A stretch of DNA of 58,311 bases from Vicugna vicugna (taxonomy: Eukaryota): the NCBI GenBank assembly GCA_013265495.1, contig MU057936.1, positions 198,016-256,326 of the forward strand. Direction: 5' to 3'. The stretch's first letter is position 1. Each line of letters starts with the position of its first letter. The notes below the pieces were generated by a model that was given only the letters and a program-made list of their open reading frames with translations, had not been told where the DNA came from and made no database searches. The translations under genes and the position numbers were made by a program. Below, piece by piece: positions 39,960-52,209 of the stretch.

Positions 39960-40110
39960 ATTTCCTGCATTCTCGCTAATCCTCGCAATGCTGTGAGGTA
40001 GGATTGGTCTTATCATCTCCCACACGAGGAAACTGAAGTCCAGGATATAAACTACTTGCCCAAGATGCTGTGGAAACTGGATTCAAGTCAGATCTGACTC
40101 TCAGCACTAC
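39960..40110 (-). mobile_element. MIR
   Basis: CTAATCCTCGCAATGCTGTGAGGTAGG...GAGGAAACTGAAGTCCAG...ACTTGCCCAAG...GGATTCAA. Confidence 0.75.
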
Positions 40111-41502
40111 CCCTGGTGACCTCAGCCACCTGTTCAATAACATGGGGTGCAACCAGGACACTGGGTCATGTAATTCCTTGAGGCCTCTCCCAGCTTCACA
40201 TAGTGGGAGAAGCAAGCGGTGCAGACGCAGCAGGAAATAGCTGTTATGATTCTGTAGCAGCACGGTAACACCCCACCCCCTTTCTCGGCACAGTTCTAAC
40301 CTTCAGCAAGGCCAGGTTTCTCCTACCCAACTGCACAGAGCAGTCTCCTCTTGCTACTAGGAAGTGAGTTTAAGTAAACTTTAAAAAATCACAAAGGGCT
40401 ATAGTTTGAGACTGAACAAACCTTTTCGCCAGAGGGCTGTCAGGCCCCTGACCCTGGCTGGGATGAGGGAGGGGTTAAGTTGTGCATCACTCTCATGTGC
40501 TGGCCAACCCCCTCCCCCTCCTGCCCTGCCCCACGCTGGGTTGTTCTCGATTTGCATTCTGCTGGTCTAATTTATAGGTGACATTTATTCATAAGTTTGT
40601 GATATGTCATCCTCTTTCAATGAGGGTAATCAATATTTCACCCTAGGGGTAGAACAGAGACTTGGGTTGCCTTTCCACATAGGATTAAAATCAGTTTCTA
40701 GAGAGTTACTTAGCACCTCCTGAACTCCTGTCCCTTGGTCAATTCTCCAAATAACCATTGATATTTGTGTATGCTTATGTTCAACTAGACTGCACTTCAT
40801 GAGGTCTTGTGAAGATCATCTTTCCTCTCCATCTCTCAATAGTTTGATGCACATAAATTCCAAATAATTGCTTATGGGTTATGTGTACCTCTTTGGCTTA
40901 ATGAAACCAACACTTCTCAAATGTGGACTATAGTTCTTCACACCTGATTTTTGAATCTGGGGGGATGGATGGGGCTGGTATGTCAGAAACCATCCATGTC
41001 TGCATTTAGTGGCCAGCAATGGACTCAGATCCATTTCTTGTGGAAACTAACCCAAAGAGCAATGGGGATTGTCACTGGTCCTTAATGCTTTCCTGATGGT
41101 TATTTTATGATTGAGCATGTTTGATTCAAAAATCCAGTACCTCGGTTGTACTTTTCATTCTAGAAGGGGTTCAAATGATTCCTCTGTCTCATGTGGCTAT
41201 GGTTCTCTTGTAGAGGATTCTAGTCTAGCGGTGGTCCTGTGACCACTTAGTGCTTATCAAATGACCAGTTTGACCCGAGGAGGAGTGTGGAAGAACCACT
41301 GCAGGAGGAAAGTAAACAGCAGCAGTCTTGGCGGTGAGGGCTGCTCTACTGTCTGTGCTGGACTCAGTCCATCAGTAGTGATGCTTTTGGCTAGAAATAC
41401 CTGGGGCCCTCACCCGGGCCATACTGCTTGGGGAAGCTGGCCCAGACATTGTCCCTTTGGGAGCCAATATTATGATTGGACCTGCCGTTGTGGTTTTTAC
41501 TA

Positions 41503-41963
41503 TGATTGCAAGGTGTACCTCAGTAACAGCCATCAAGGAACTTGGAAAAATACATGGTTCATTACTCCCAGGTCCTGGAGGACACAGGGCATGTGTGGGG
41601 CCACACAGCAGAGGTCGTGGTGGAGAGAGAGTTAAGTACAGGCCTGGAGTTCTGCTTTTTTGGGGGTTCCAGAATGGGATTCCTGGACTTTGACAGGTTA
41701 AGTCTTTATTGGTGAGTTTAAATCATGAGCAGGAATTAAAATGCCAGAAGGGAAAAACCAGTGGCCAAATGGTCACTTATCTAAGTCTACCAGAGACCTC
41801 TAAAACAAAGGAAACTTCAGGGGTCGGGCAGCCTGGCTCCTTAACTAGTTGTGTAGTTAGTTGACAATGAGTTTCTTTCTTTGACATGGATTGCCCAAGC
41901 TTAAGATCAGGCACTTGCATTACAATAAAAAAAAAAAAACACCTCTCAGGTGCTTACAGTACA
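41503..41963 (-). mobile_element. Probable 3' LTR of the class III (ERV-L-like) element
   Basis: On the minus strand preceded by ERVL-type PPT CAGGGAGCGGAT and starting TGTAC; left boundary approximate. Confidence 0.55.
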
Positions 41964-43693
41964 ATCCGCTCCCTGATGCTAAGGCATCAGACTTAGTGGT
42001 GAGGACGTTAGCAACATTTATCCTTTGTAGGCTGGGGAGCTGTCTGGTTTGGAGTGCACATTTTGTCCTCCCTGGGTGGGAAAATAGGAGACAATGCTAT
42101 CCTGCTGTTGGCAGGAGACAAACTCAGTCTGATGGGCCTCTTGGTATAGGGTAGGTCAGCCAGCAAGCACTCAGCAAATTCTGCAAAATAATGTCACAGC
42201 TGGTCATCCTGTGGTTCCATCAGGGCAGCACATTTAGGCTATTGTTTCTGGAAAGTCTTAGTCCCCATTACAGCATCTCACAATGTAAACTGGGGAGTGG
42301 GGCCATCTAGATGAGGAGTTAGGTCTCCAATGTGGTGATGTGGCCTGAACTGTCATCTCAGGTATAGGAGGCTCCAGACATCTCCAGTGTGAACTCTTGG
42401 GCTGGGGCGGTACCGTCTGGGATGGTATCCTCTCCAGCGATGATTCTGTCGCACTCAGGGGAGATGTCCTCTGGACTGGCGGTCACTCAGGAGCAGGTGA
42501 TTCTACCATGTGGCTGAGCAGTTGGGGTATTGGTCATGGGCTGGGGGTGGGCTAGCCTGATAAAACTTAGAGGCTTCCCTGAGGACTGAGCTGTATCTGT
42601 GGTGCTGGCTGCTGGTGGAACAGATTGTTGAGAGTTCCCTAGGGTCATCAAGGGCATATTTAGTAACGGAATGAGTGGCCATTCTTTCCTTCCCGGAGGA
42701 GTTCATCCAAAGCACACAAAGATTCCTGGCACGCTTACATCCCGGGCTAAGGGAGAGCTTATGGATGCTGTTTAGGTCTTTCTGGCCTCACCCTGTAGGG
42801 CAATCCATGGACTAAACAGGGGAGCACAGTCCCTGTGACCAGATGGGTTTTACAGATGGGCAGTCATAAGGCCAGTTAGCTTGTAGTACTATTTGATGTT
42901 GAAATCGGGGGGGGGGGGCAAGTATCATTTAGACGTTGCTTCCAGACATCCCATTGCCTACAAAGGGGATTTGATCCCTTTGCCACCCAAACTCAGTGGG
43001 ACGCTGGCCTGAGCCTTTCCATCAGGGCTCTCCAGCAGTCCCTGCTTCTCCACCCTGTGGTGCAATCTTGGGCTGGAGAAGTATTTTTACAGCATTGCAC
43101 CTGTGTGAGGGTTAGGCCTGAGGGATGTACCAGTGACCCTGGCACCCAGGCTTTACAGAGCAGTAAGAATTGTCATAACCAGATAGAGCACTGACAGTTG
43201 AATGAGCTTTGATCAGATTCCTTCTGGAGGAGCTATTTCTGTATTGCTTAATGGCTGAGTGCTGTTGCTTTGGTGAGAAAGTACTGGGTAGCCTGGTCTA
43301 GCAAGGAAGCGTGGGGTAAAACCAAGACCTGTAGCTTTCTCCCCATACTCTCATCTCCCAGTATGGCTTGCATCTACCAAGCAGAGTTTACTTCCCTCTT
43401 TCAGACACCCAAAGTGTGCCACTGGTTGGTCTCAGGGTGATAACTTCTGCTTCCTCTAAATCAGTTGGGGAATTCAGTTTCGTTAGCCAGCCGTTTTAGC
43501 CACTATAGTCAGTGAGAGCGGCCAGCGTGGTGGTGTCTTCTTTTGAAGAGTCCTTGCTATTGTCAGGATTTCTAAAGGAATGATCTCACCCTAACTTGGT
43601 GGGCTTGTGGCCTGTGGGGCATTCAGTGACGAAGGGATCATATTGGACTATCTGCCCTCAACCACGTTACCAGCCTGAAGCAGATGGTGATAT
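41964..43693 (-). mobile_element. 3' internal region of the class III ERV (post-integrase, possibly decayed env)
   Basis: Lies between the putative LTR/PPT and the ERV-B insertion site; continuous with 54191 onwards across TSD ATAT/GTAT. Confidence 0.5.
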
Positions 43694-44348
43694 TGTTACT
43701 GGTAGATGTAGCCAGTGTCCAGGTTCTTGACCCATCCCAGAAAGAATTCAGAGACAAGATGCGGAGGTTAAGAAAGTAAAGTGGGGATTTATTAGGGGAT
43801 AGATAGTACACTCTCAAGGGGAGAGCAGGCAGCCTTAGGTGAACAACTACCATGTATTTCTTTGTCAAGTTGGTTACATACAGTGTAAAAATATGGGTGG
43901 AATATTCATTAGGAAGGGAAGGGTTTGGGGTCATATTCCCTGACTTTCATCCCAACTCCACCTTTGCAAAGGGAGGAGGGATTTTTGTTCTTACTTAGTC
44001 TGGATCAGAAGTGTCATGGCATCAGTGCATGATAGGTACTTCTAATCTGCAAGGCTAATTTTATTGAAATGAGGACATAATGAGCAAAAGGTTACATTTG
44101 GACACTGGAGATTCCTGCCTTTTCCCACCTTTCTTTGTTGGACTCCAGGCCACTCATCACCTCAAAAGGTGTGACCACTTATCAGCCCAGAGGTTCCTGT
44201 TTTTCTTTCTCTGTTCAGGGACCCCTGGTGCTAACATGACGAATGGTTTCCTGCATTTGGCCTGTGCCCCTCCTTTCTGCCCAATTCCTGCCATTTGGTC
44301 TGTGTCCCCCTTTCTCTGCTCATATCTAGCTATCTGCCTGCTCTAACA
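43694..44348 (-). mobile_element. ERV-B 3' LTR
   Basis: TGTTAC...CTCTAACA; followed by antisense PPT TTTCCCACTC. Confidence 0.92.
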
Positions 44349-44499
44349 TTTCCCACTCAAGGAGTCTGGACCCTTAAACTCTTTTAAGGGGAAAAGGGAT
44401 GATGGTCAGTCTCTGTAACTACTTCAAGCAGAACATGGACATAGTCCCTACCTATGGGTCCAGATCTCCTTGCTTTCTGTCTGAGATAGAGGTCTTGGG

Positions 44500-46210
44500 G
44501 TTGTTAGTAGTGGCAGGAATGGAGCATGGGGAGTAGAAGTCAGAGGCCTTGTCCAGTGGATGTTGATGGTCTTCATCTTCAGGAGGGGTGGGTCGGAATC
44601 CTCGCTGCATCATCATTTGAAGCTGGAGTTGTTGTATTCTAGAGGATAGAAATTTTACTAGATAGTTAAAAATACAAGGGCCAAAGAGAAAGATGAGAAA
44701 TATGGTGGCTGCAGGGCCTAGAAATGGAAGAAGCCAGGTATATTCTGGAAACCATCCCTTATGGGTCTCAGTCCACTCCTGTTTTCCTGGTTGTACCTGT
44801 GGAGCCAGGAATCCTCTTCATAAATTTCTTTGTTTACTTCTCCTTCTTCTGATACATTAATATATGTGCAGCATGTTGTGTTGTTTTCGTTTTTGTTTTT
44901 GTGGGGGAGGTAATTAGGTTTGTTTATTTAGAGGAGGTACCAGGGATTGAACCCAGGACCTTGTGCTTGCTAAGCATACGCTCTACCACTTGAACTATAC
45001 CCTGCGCGCCCAGCATGTTTTGTTTATGGCTGCACAAACGCCCTCCTTCGCTTGCTAGGAGATAGTCTAGGGCCCGATGGTTGTCAAAGACCACACCTGC
45101 CAGAGAACCTAGGGACTTTTGTAAGAGTGTGAGAGTGTCTCTAGTTTTTTTCAGCGTGTTATCCAGGGAGGAGGCCAGGGCCCTCAAGGTTACCTCATGA
45201 TAGGCAAATCCTCCCCAAGGGGCAGCTGCAGCTACCGTCCCTATAATTCCCGCTAGTACCAGACTAAAGGCCCTTTTCTGTCTCATGTGGGTCACATTGA
45301 GGACGGTTATTTGGGCTGGAGCCACAGTTCCCAAGATGCAGTCCCCATAGTGAAGTGTGTTGTCTAGATGTGAGAGAGCAATGGCTTTGGTCATTGTGAG
45401 GTAGTTATCTGGGGCCCCACATAGCCATAATAATCCAGCTGGTGCTGGTAAAAGTGTGTGATTGGTTTGGTTATACAGCTGGAGAAAAATTTTCGGAGGT
45501 GGGAGACAGTTGCAGAGGGGTTCCATCTGTATTTTGGATTTAGTTTTTGGTTTGGAGTATCCAGGAGGGGGTCTAGAGTCAGAGAGGGCCATACTAAGGG
45601 GATATCTGATATAATACCCAGCACAAGAAGTTCTGTTGGCATTAGTTTGTGAATTGTCATAGCATACATGTGTGTTGTTAGGGGTGCAGGATGATGTGTA
45701 AATAGGCCAGCCCACTATATCACTCCAATTTATAGGTTTAAAGATATCCAGGGGTAGGCTTAGATTTCTGTTAGAGCCCCAAGGACTGAAAAGGGATCTG
45801 TGTTTCCCTTGTGGGTATCATTGTAACAAGGCGTGCATCCTAGAGTTTGCAGATGAGGGAGGTGTTGGTGATATTTATAGGCTTTGAGTAGGGAGGTGTG
45901 ATGTGGCAAGAGAGTGGAGGGGGCCTCTCCCATGTAACAATTAAAGAGAAATCTTGTCTAGAGTAATTAAAAGAAGATTGGTTAAAAGCTGAGAACACAG
46001 TGTGGTTGTTGACTACATGGACCTTGAGGGTGGTGCTTGTATCTCCTGGGGTGGTGGGTTGTGATGGCAAGTCCAGCAGAGAGATTTTCTCCTTTGGCAA
46101 TCATCCAAGTTATTGCCTATTATGTTATCTTTCCATGCTAACTCTTGAGAGCAAAGAGTTTGGATAAATAAGACAAGAACAAGTAAGGACGGAAGTATGG
46201 TCCCTAGCAT
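44500..46210 (-). pseudogene. env: ERV-B env, EnvV/MER66-like, frameshifted and SINE-disrupted
   Basis: Signal peptide MLGTILPSLLVLVLF; SU CWTC; furin RQKR; fusion peptide AFSLVLAGIIGTVAAAAPWGGFAYHE; ISD VFDNHRALDYLLA; CX6CC (CAAINKTCC, reconstructed); TM WLLPFLGPAATIFLIFLFGPCIFN. Confidence 0.92.
44883..45010 (-). mobile_element. tRNA-derived SINE (Vic-1-like) inside env
   Basis: TSD CAGCATGTT(G/T)TGTT at 44869-44882 and 45011-45024. Confidence 0.92.
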
Positions 46211-46414
46211 TCTTTGGGAGGAGGAAGAATAAGAGCTGTGGGGGTGTCTTAGATTTTGGGCGGGTTTTATTAAACCCAGTAGGGGCGGAGAAGTTTGCTG
46301 TCAGGTATGGGTGAGGTGTTAAAGCGGCACTTGATAAGACTGTGAGAGTGAGCAGGATGCTGAGGAGGACAATAACTATCCAAATCCACCAGAGCATGTT
46401 AGTTAGTGTGGGTG

Positions 46415-47072
46415 TGTTGCCGGTAGATGCGACTGGTGTTCCAGGTTCTTGTCCCGTCCCAGAAAGAATTCAGAGACAAGACGTAGTGGTTAAATAAGTA
46501 AAGTGAGAATTTATTAAAGGATGGATAGTACACTCTCAAGGGGAGAGCAGGCAGGCTCAGGTGAGCGGCTGCCCTGTGTTTCTTTGTCAAGTTGGTTACA
46601 TACAGTGTAAAAATGAATGGGCAGAATATTGACCAGGGAGGAAAGGGTTTGGGGTCATATTCCCTGATTATCATCTCAACTCCACCTTCCCAAAGGGAGG
46701 AGGGATTTTTGTCCTTATTTAGTCTGGATCAGAAGTGTCATGGCATCAATGCATGATGGGTACTTCTAAACTGAAAGACTGATTTTATTGAAATGAGGGC
46801 ATAATGAGCAAAAAGTTACATTTGGACACTGGAGATTCCTGCCTTTTCTCACCTTTCTTTGTTCTTCTCCAGGCCACTCATCACCCCAAAAGGTGTGACC
46901 CCTTATCAGCCCAAAGGTTCCTGCTTTTCTTTCTCTGCCCAGGGACCCCTGGTGCTTACATGATGTCTGGTTTCTTGCATTTGGGCTGTGCCCCTCCTTT
47001 CTGCCCAATTCCTGCCATGTGGTCTGTGTCCCCTTTTTTCTGCTTATATCTAGCTATCTGCCTGCTCTAACA
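46415..47072 (-). mobile_element. Same-family solo LTR inserted between pol and env
   Basis: TGTTGC...CTCTAACA with perfect 4-bp TSD GGTG (46411-46414, 47073-47076); no adjacent PBS or PPT. Confidence 0.92.
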
Positions 47073-47115
47073 GGTGGACAAGAGTAACAGCAGGCACAAG
47101 GGGAAATAATGGTAC

Positions 47116-50100
47116 TCAGTCTGGGATCTGTGAAGTGCCTTTGTCCTTGTTGAATAAGAGTTTCAGGTCTTGAAGAGGCTCATTTGTCCACCTGGGCTCC
47201 TCTGGCGGTCCAAGGGCCTCTGTGTCCTGTGAAGACTCAGTGAGAGGGGCAGGTTTAATTCTAGAAAGATGTACCCAGTTAGTGATCCCCTGTAACTTTA
47301 CTGCAGTGGGAGTGCTGAGAAGGACCTGGTAAAGCCCCTTCCACTTGGGCAATAGTTGGTCAGAGGGGGATCCTTCTCTCCACGTTTTAGGAGGACGAAG
47401 TCTCCCGGTTGAACCTGAATGGGACCTGTTTCCTGGCTGGGGCTTGGTAAAAACCTGATTTCCATATTCTGCAATTGCCTTTAGAACTTGTCCCAGATTA
47501 ATTAGGTATTTAGTGAGCTCACTAGTTTCTTAGTCCACCAGTATATCAGAGGATAACAAGGGTCCACCATAGGTCATTTCAAAGGGGCTGAGCCTTAGCC
47601 CCACTTTAAGTGCCACCCTGATTCTCAGGAGGGCTATGGGTAAGAGCTTTGTCCATGGTTCTGATGTTTCTTGACAAAGCTTAGCCAGGATTCTTTTTAA
47701 GGTTTGATTCACGCTTTCTGCTTTTCCTGATGATTGAGGCCTCCAGGCAGCATGGAGGTGGTAGCGAATGCCTAGGGCAGTAGAGATTTGTTGCATAATC
47801 CTAGCCACAAAAGGGGGGCCATTGTCACTTTTCAAGGACCCTGGAAGTCAAAACTGAGGAATTATTTCTTTTAATAATATTTTTATGACTTCTTGAGCTT
47901 TTTCGGTTCTCGTTGGAAAGGCTTCCACCCATCCAGTGAAAGTGTCAATAAAAACCACAAGGGTTTTTATATTCCTGGGAGGATGCCATCTGGGTAAAGT
48001 CTATCTGCCAGTCCTCTCCTGGATAAGTTCCTCTCCTTTGGATTGGCTGGAGAAGGGGAGGGGGGCCTTAGTTTCCCCCCTGGGTTGTTTTTGTAACATA
48101 ATTGAATGCCTTCCAGATTTCTAAGATAGTCTGAGAAAGGCCCATGTCTGAGAAAACTTGTTCTACCAGGCTAGTCAAAGCATCCCTCCCTAGATAAGAG
48201 GAATCATGGAGTGACTAACATTTTCCATTGTAATGCCCTGGGCAGCATTATTGTTTATTCCTGAATCCACCAGCCATCAGGGCCTGTTCGGTATCCACTA
48301 TTTCTAGCCCATGTTATTTCCTTGTCTGTATACTGAGGTGGTGAAAGTGGGCTGGGGGTTGGTATATGGGGGAGCAAGGCAGCTTGGGTTGAAGGGGTTT
48401 TAAGAGCTGCTTTCCTTGCTCTGTCTGCCAGGTTATTTCCTCTTGCTATATCTGAGTTTCCCTTTTGATGTCCCTTGCAGTGGATCACTGCCACCTTCTC
48501 AGGGTCTTGTACTGCCTCTGGAAGCTCTAAGATGTCCTGATAGTGCTGGATTGGGGAGCCTGTGCAGTCAGGAGTCCCCTGTGTTTCCAGATGGCAGTGT
48601 GTGCATATAGCACCAAAAATGCATATTTAGAATCTGTATAGATACCTATCCTCTTGTCTTTTCCTAGTCTGAGAGCTCGAGCTAGGGCTATAAGCTCTGC
48701 TTTCTGTGCTGAGGTCTGGGGTGGTAGGGCATCTGCCTCTATGATCTTGTGTAAGTCCACTATGGAATACCCTCCTTTTTGGACGCCATCATGTATGTAG
48801 CTACTTCCATCAGTAAAGCAGACAGCATCGGGGTCCTCAGGGGGCTGGTCTCTAAGGTCTGGTCTGCTAGGATATACCTGCTCAATGGTCTCGGTACAAG
48901 AATGAGCCAGTTTCTCTGAGCTTTCTATTGTCATAAGGGTGGCTGGATTTAAGATCTGACATACTTTAGGAGTTACTTCAGGAGAGTCAAGAAGGAGGGC
49001 CTGATATTTTGTGAGGCATCCCCCAGCCAGCCATTGATGCCCTTTAATTTCTAATAGTCCCTGTAACTTGTGTGGGGTGAGCACTGCCAGAGGCTGGCCC
49101 ATGGTAAGTTTTGTGGTCTCTTCAACTAGCGGGGCTGTGGCTGCCACAGCTCTCAGACAGCCTGGCCATCCTGAGGCCACTGGGTCCAATTGCTTGGAGA
49201 GGTATGCCATCGGCCTAGGAATTGGCCCTACTTTTTGGGTGAGAACTCCCAGGGCTGCTCCCTGTCTTTCTGATGCAAACAGAGTAAAGGGCTTGTTTAG
49301 AGCTGGAATCCCCAGGGCTGGGGCACTAGTCAGGGCAGTCTTAATCTGGTCAAATGCTCTCTGTAAATTTCCATTCCACTCTAGAGGCTCCATGTCTGGT
49401 CCCTTTAAGGCCTCATGCAATGATTTTGCCATGAGACCAAACTCGGGGATCTGAGTTGTATTCCTAAAACCCAGCCATTCCTAAGAAGGGTCTAAGCTTT
49501 GTGTGTGTGTGTGTGTGTGTGTGTGTCGGCGGCGGCTGTCAGTGGAGGATTGCCTCCTTGTGCTGGGTCATAAAGGCACGCTTTCCTGGGCTTAGAACAT
49601 GTCCCAGGTAGGTAACTCTCTGGGAAGAAATTTGGGCTTTATATCCCCTGTAACCTAGGAAATTGAGGGTCTGTACAGTGTTTTGATCTGAAGCTTCCTT
49701 TAAGGAGCTGCAGATAAGGAGGTCATTTACATATTGTAATAATGTCCCCATCTCTAGTTTGAGTTCCCTTAGTTCCTTTGCTAAGGCATTGCCAAACGGG
49801 TGTGCTATCCCGGGATCCCTGAGGAAGGACAGTCCAGATACATAGTTGGGTTGCATTAGTGTTTGGATCAGTCCAGTCAAAAGCAAAAAGATTTTGGGAA
49901 TCAGGGTGAATGGGTATGCAAAAGAAGGCATATTTAAGATCAAGGACTGTAAACCAGGCTGTGTCCTCAGGGATCTGAGTGAGGATTGTGTATGGGTTGG
50001 GAACAGTTGGATGGAGAGGAATTATGGCTTCATTTATGATTCGAAGATCTTGGACCATTCTATATTCCCCATTTGGTTTGAGGACCGGTAGGATTGCAGT

Positions 50101-50737
50101 ATTACAGGGGTATTGGCATGGCACCAAAAGCCCATATTTGATGAACTTTGAGATTAGAGGTAGGAGGCCTTGCTGAGCCTCTGGTTTTATGGACTACTGG
50201 TACCTGGAGGGGAAGTTATTAGTTTCCTTTAAAGTGATTTTTTATAGAAGTGACAAATTTTGCCTTCCGTGGGATTGCCTGATGCCAGACCTGTGGATCT
50301 ACAAGTTTTTCAATTTCTGGGGGAATACTTTTGGCTGGACTGTTTGTATTTTGTATAATATATAGTCCAGCCAGAAATAAGCCCTGGTTTTGGTTTTCAG
50401 GGAGAGTCAGAGTTGCCCCCAAGGCTTAGAGAAAATCTCTTCCCAACAATGGGCTGGGGCATTCAGGCATGACAAGAAACTTATGAGTTATAAGGGTCTT
50501 TCCCCAGGTGCAAGTTAGAGGGGTGGTGAAATATTTTAGCTGTGGCCTTCCTTCTACCCCAACAATAGAGCAGGTTTCAGGGGAAAGCGGCCCAGCATGA
50601 GAAGTCAGGATAGAATAAGTGGCTCCTGTGTCCACTAGAAATTGGACAAGCTTACCTGCCACGTCAGTGGTCACCCATGTTTCCTCCTGTGTGATGATGA
50701 CTATTTTCTCGGGAGCCTTGGGGGGTCCCGGGTCCCA
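47116..50737 (-). pseudogene. pol: ERV-B pro-pol (protease, RT, RNase H, integrase), multiple frameshifts
   Basis: FLVDTGA; YRMVQDLR, VLDLKYAFF, WTVLPQG, LLQYVND; FTDGSS, SAQKAELIAL, IYTDSKYAF; SDNGPPF, WRPQSSGK, PKWKGLYQVLLSTPTAVK. Confidence 0.95.
49500..49526. repeat. (TG)n microsatellite expanded inside pol
   Basis: Read directly. Confidence 0.9.
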
Positions 50738-52209
50738 TCAGTCAACCACTGCCATGCCTGGTGTGGGGGAATTTCCCTGCTCCCTTCGGAGTTGAGGGCA
50801 TTCCCTCTTCCAGGGGCCCATCTCTTTTACAGAGTGGGCATGACATCTTGGGTGGAGGCTGGGACCGGCTTCCTGGGCATTCCTTGCTCCAATGTCCAGA
50901 GTTCCCACAGCCAAAACAGGCTCCCCTTTTTGGTAGGGGTCTTCTGGGAGTACTTTTGGGGTGACCAGGAGGTGCGTTAGGTCTTGTCATGACAGCTGCC
51001 AAAAGCTTGGCTTGCCGTCGTTTCCTTCTTAAGTCACGCCGTTCCTTTCTTTGCTCCTCAGACAGGTCTCTGTTACTAAACACACTGAAGGCCGTATCAA
51101 TAAGATGGTTAAGAGGGGTTTGGTGTCCCATGGCAAGCTTTTGAAGCTTTCTACAGATATCAGGGGCTGATTGGCTGATAAAGTGTGTTGCAAATACAAT
51201 ATGTCCCTTGAAAGTGTTTGGGTCTACATTAGTATACTTTCTGAGGGCATCTACCAGTCAGGCCCGAAATTGGGCTGGATTTTCATCTTGGCTCTGAGTG
51301 ATCTCTTTAGGCTTATCATAATTAACAGGTATTATAATTATGTACTGTTTCATCCCCTCCAGAAGGCAAAGGACCATGTGGTCCCTTCTAGTGATGCCAG
51401 GCTGGCCTGGCTGATAATCCCAATTGGGCTCAATTAGAGGCACTGCTGTCAAGCCCACAGGGTATTGCTGAGGCTGGGTGATGTGTAATCCATCAGCATA
51501 TGTTTGAGCCTGTGCCCAGATACGGGTCTTTCCCTCAGCGGTGCAGCAGTGGGAAAGGACAATGTTTAGGTCCTTCTATGTAAGATCAGAGGAGAGAGTT
51601 AGTGCCTAGAATTCTTCAGTGAACCGACTGGGGTCTTCTGAGAATAGGCCCAAGCGAGTGCGACACTGGTTGAGGTCAAAGAAAATGGGGTGTAGACTCT
51701 GGTAATTCCCTGAGGCCCATCTGCTACTTCCTGGAGAGGGCAAAGAAGTTCTGGCTGCGTTTTTGGTGTGGAAGGGTAAAGAAGCTTATAGGGTGGAGGA
51801 GGGGCTGAAGGTGGTGAAACGGTATCCTGGCTTGGGTCTTCTGTCTGGGGCTTGTGTTCCTCCAGAGTTGCTATTATAGGTGGCTTTTGTGTAGTCTGAA
51901 TGGGTTCTGACAAGGTTCCCTTACATAGGACTTGCATAACTCTGGGTTCTCTCTTAAGGCCATAAAGGCCTGAACATAAGGGACTTTCATCCATATTTTG
52001 CAAAAAATGTCCAACTGTAAGGTAGTATTATAGATGAGGCTTCCATTTTCTGGCCAGGCCTCATTGTCCCCAAGTTTATATTGAGGTCAGGCTGTGTTAC
52101 AAAAGAAAATGAGCTTGTTCCATTTTAAAGACTCTAGAGAAAGTTGGTCCCAGTGATTCAGAATGCACCCAAGAGGTGAGTCCTTGGGGATGGAGGAGGT
52201 GTTTCCCAT
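50738..52209 (-). pseudogene. gag: ERV-B gag (ERV9/HERV-W-like), stops and frameshifts
   Basis: MGNTSSIPKDSPLGCILNHW...KLIFFCNTA; PPPPY late domain; LCPLQEVA; PNWDY; zinc knuckle CFGCGNSGHWSKEC plus a second CPLC. Confidence 0.93.

Noticed and set aside
44080..44346. Recurrent MSKRLHLDTG ORF (also 31631, 46804, 53888)
   Set aside because: Recurs only because it is the antisense of the same LTR; length and frame vary
48527..49432. 301-aa pol ORF as a functional or domesticated gene
   Set aside because: Fragment between frameshifts; RT motif is YVND and a microsatellite disrupts the upstream part
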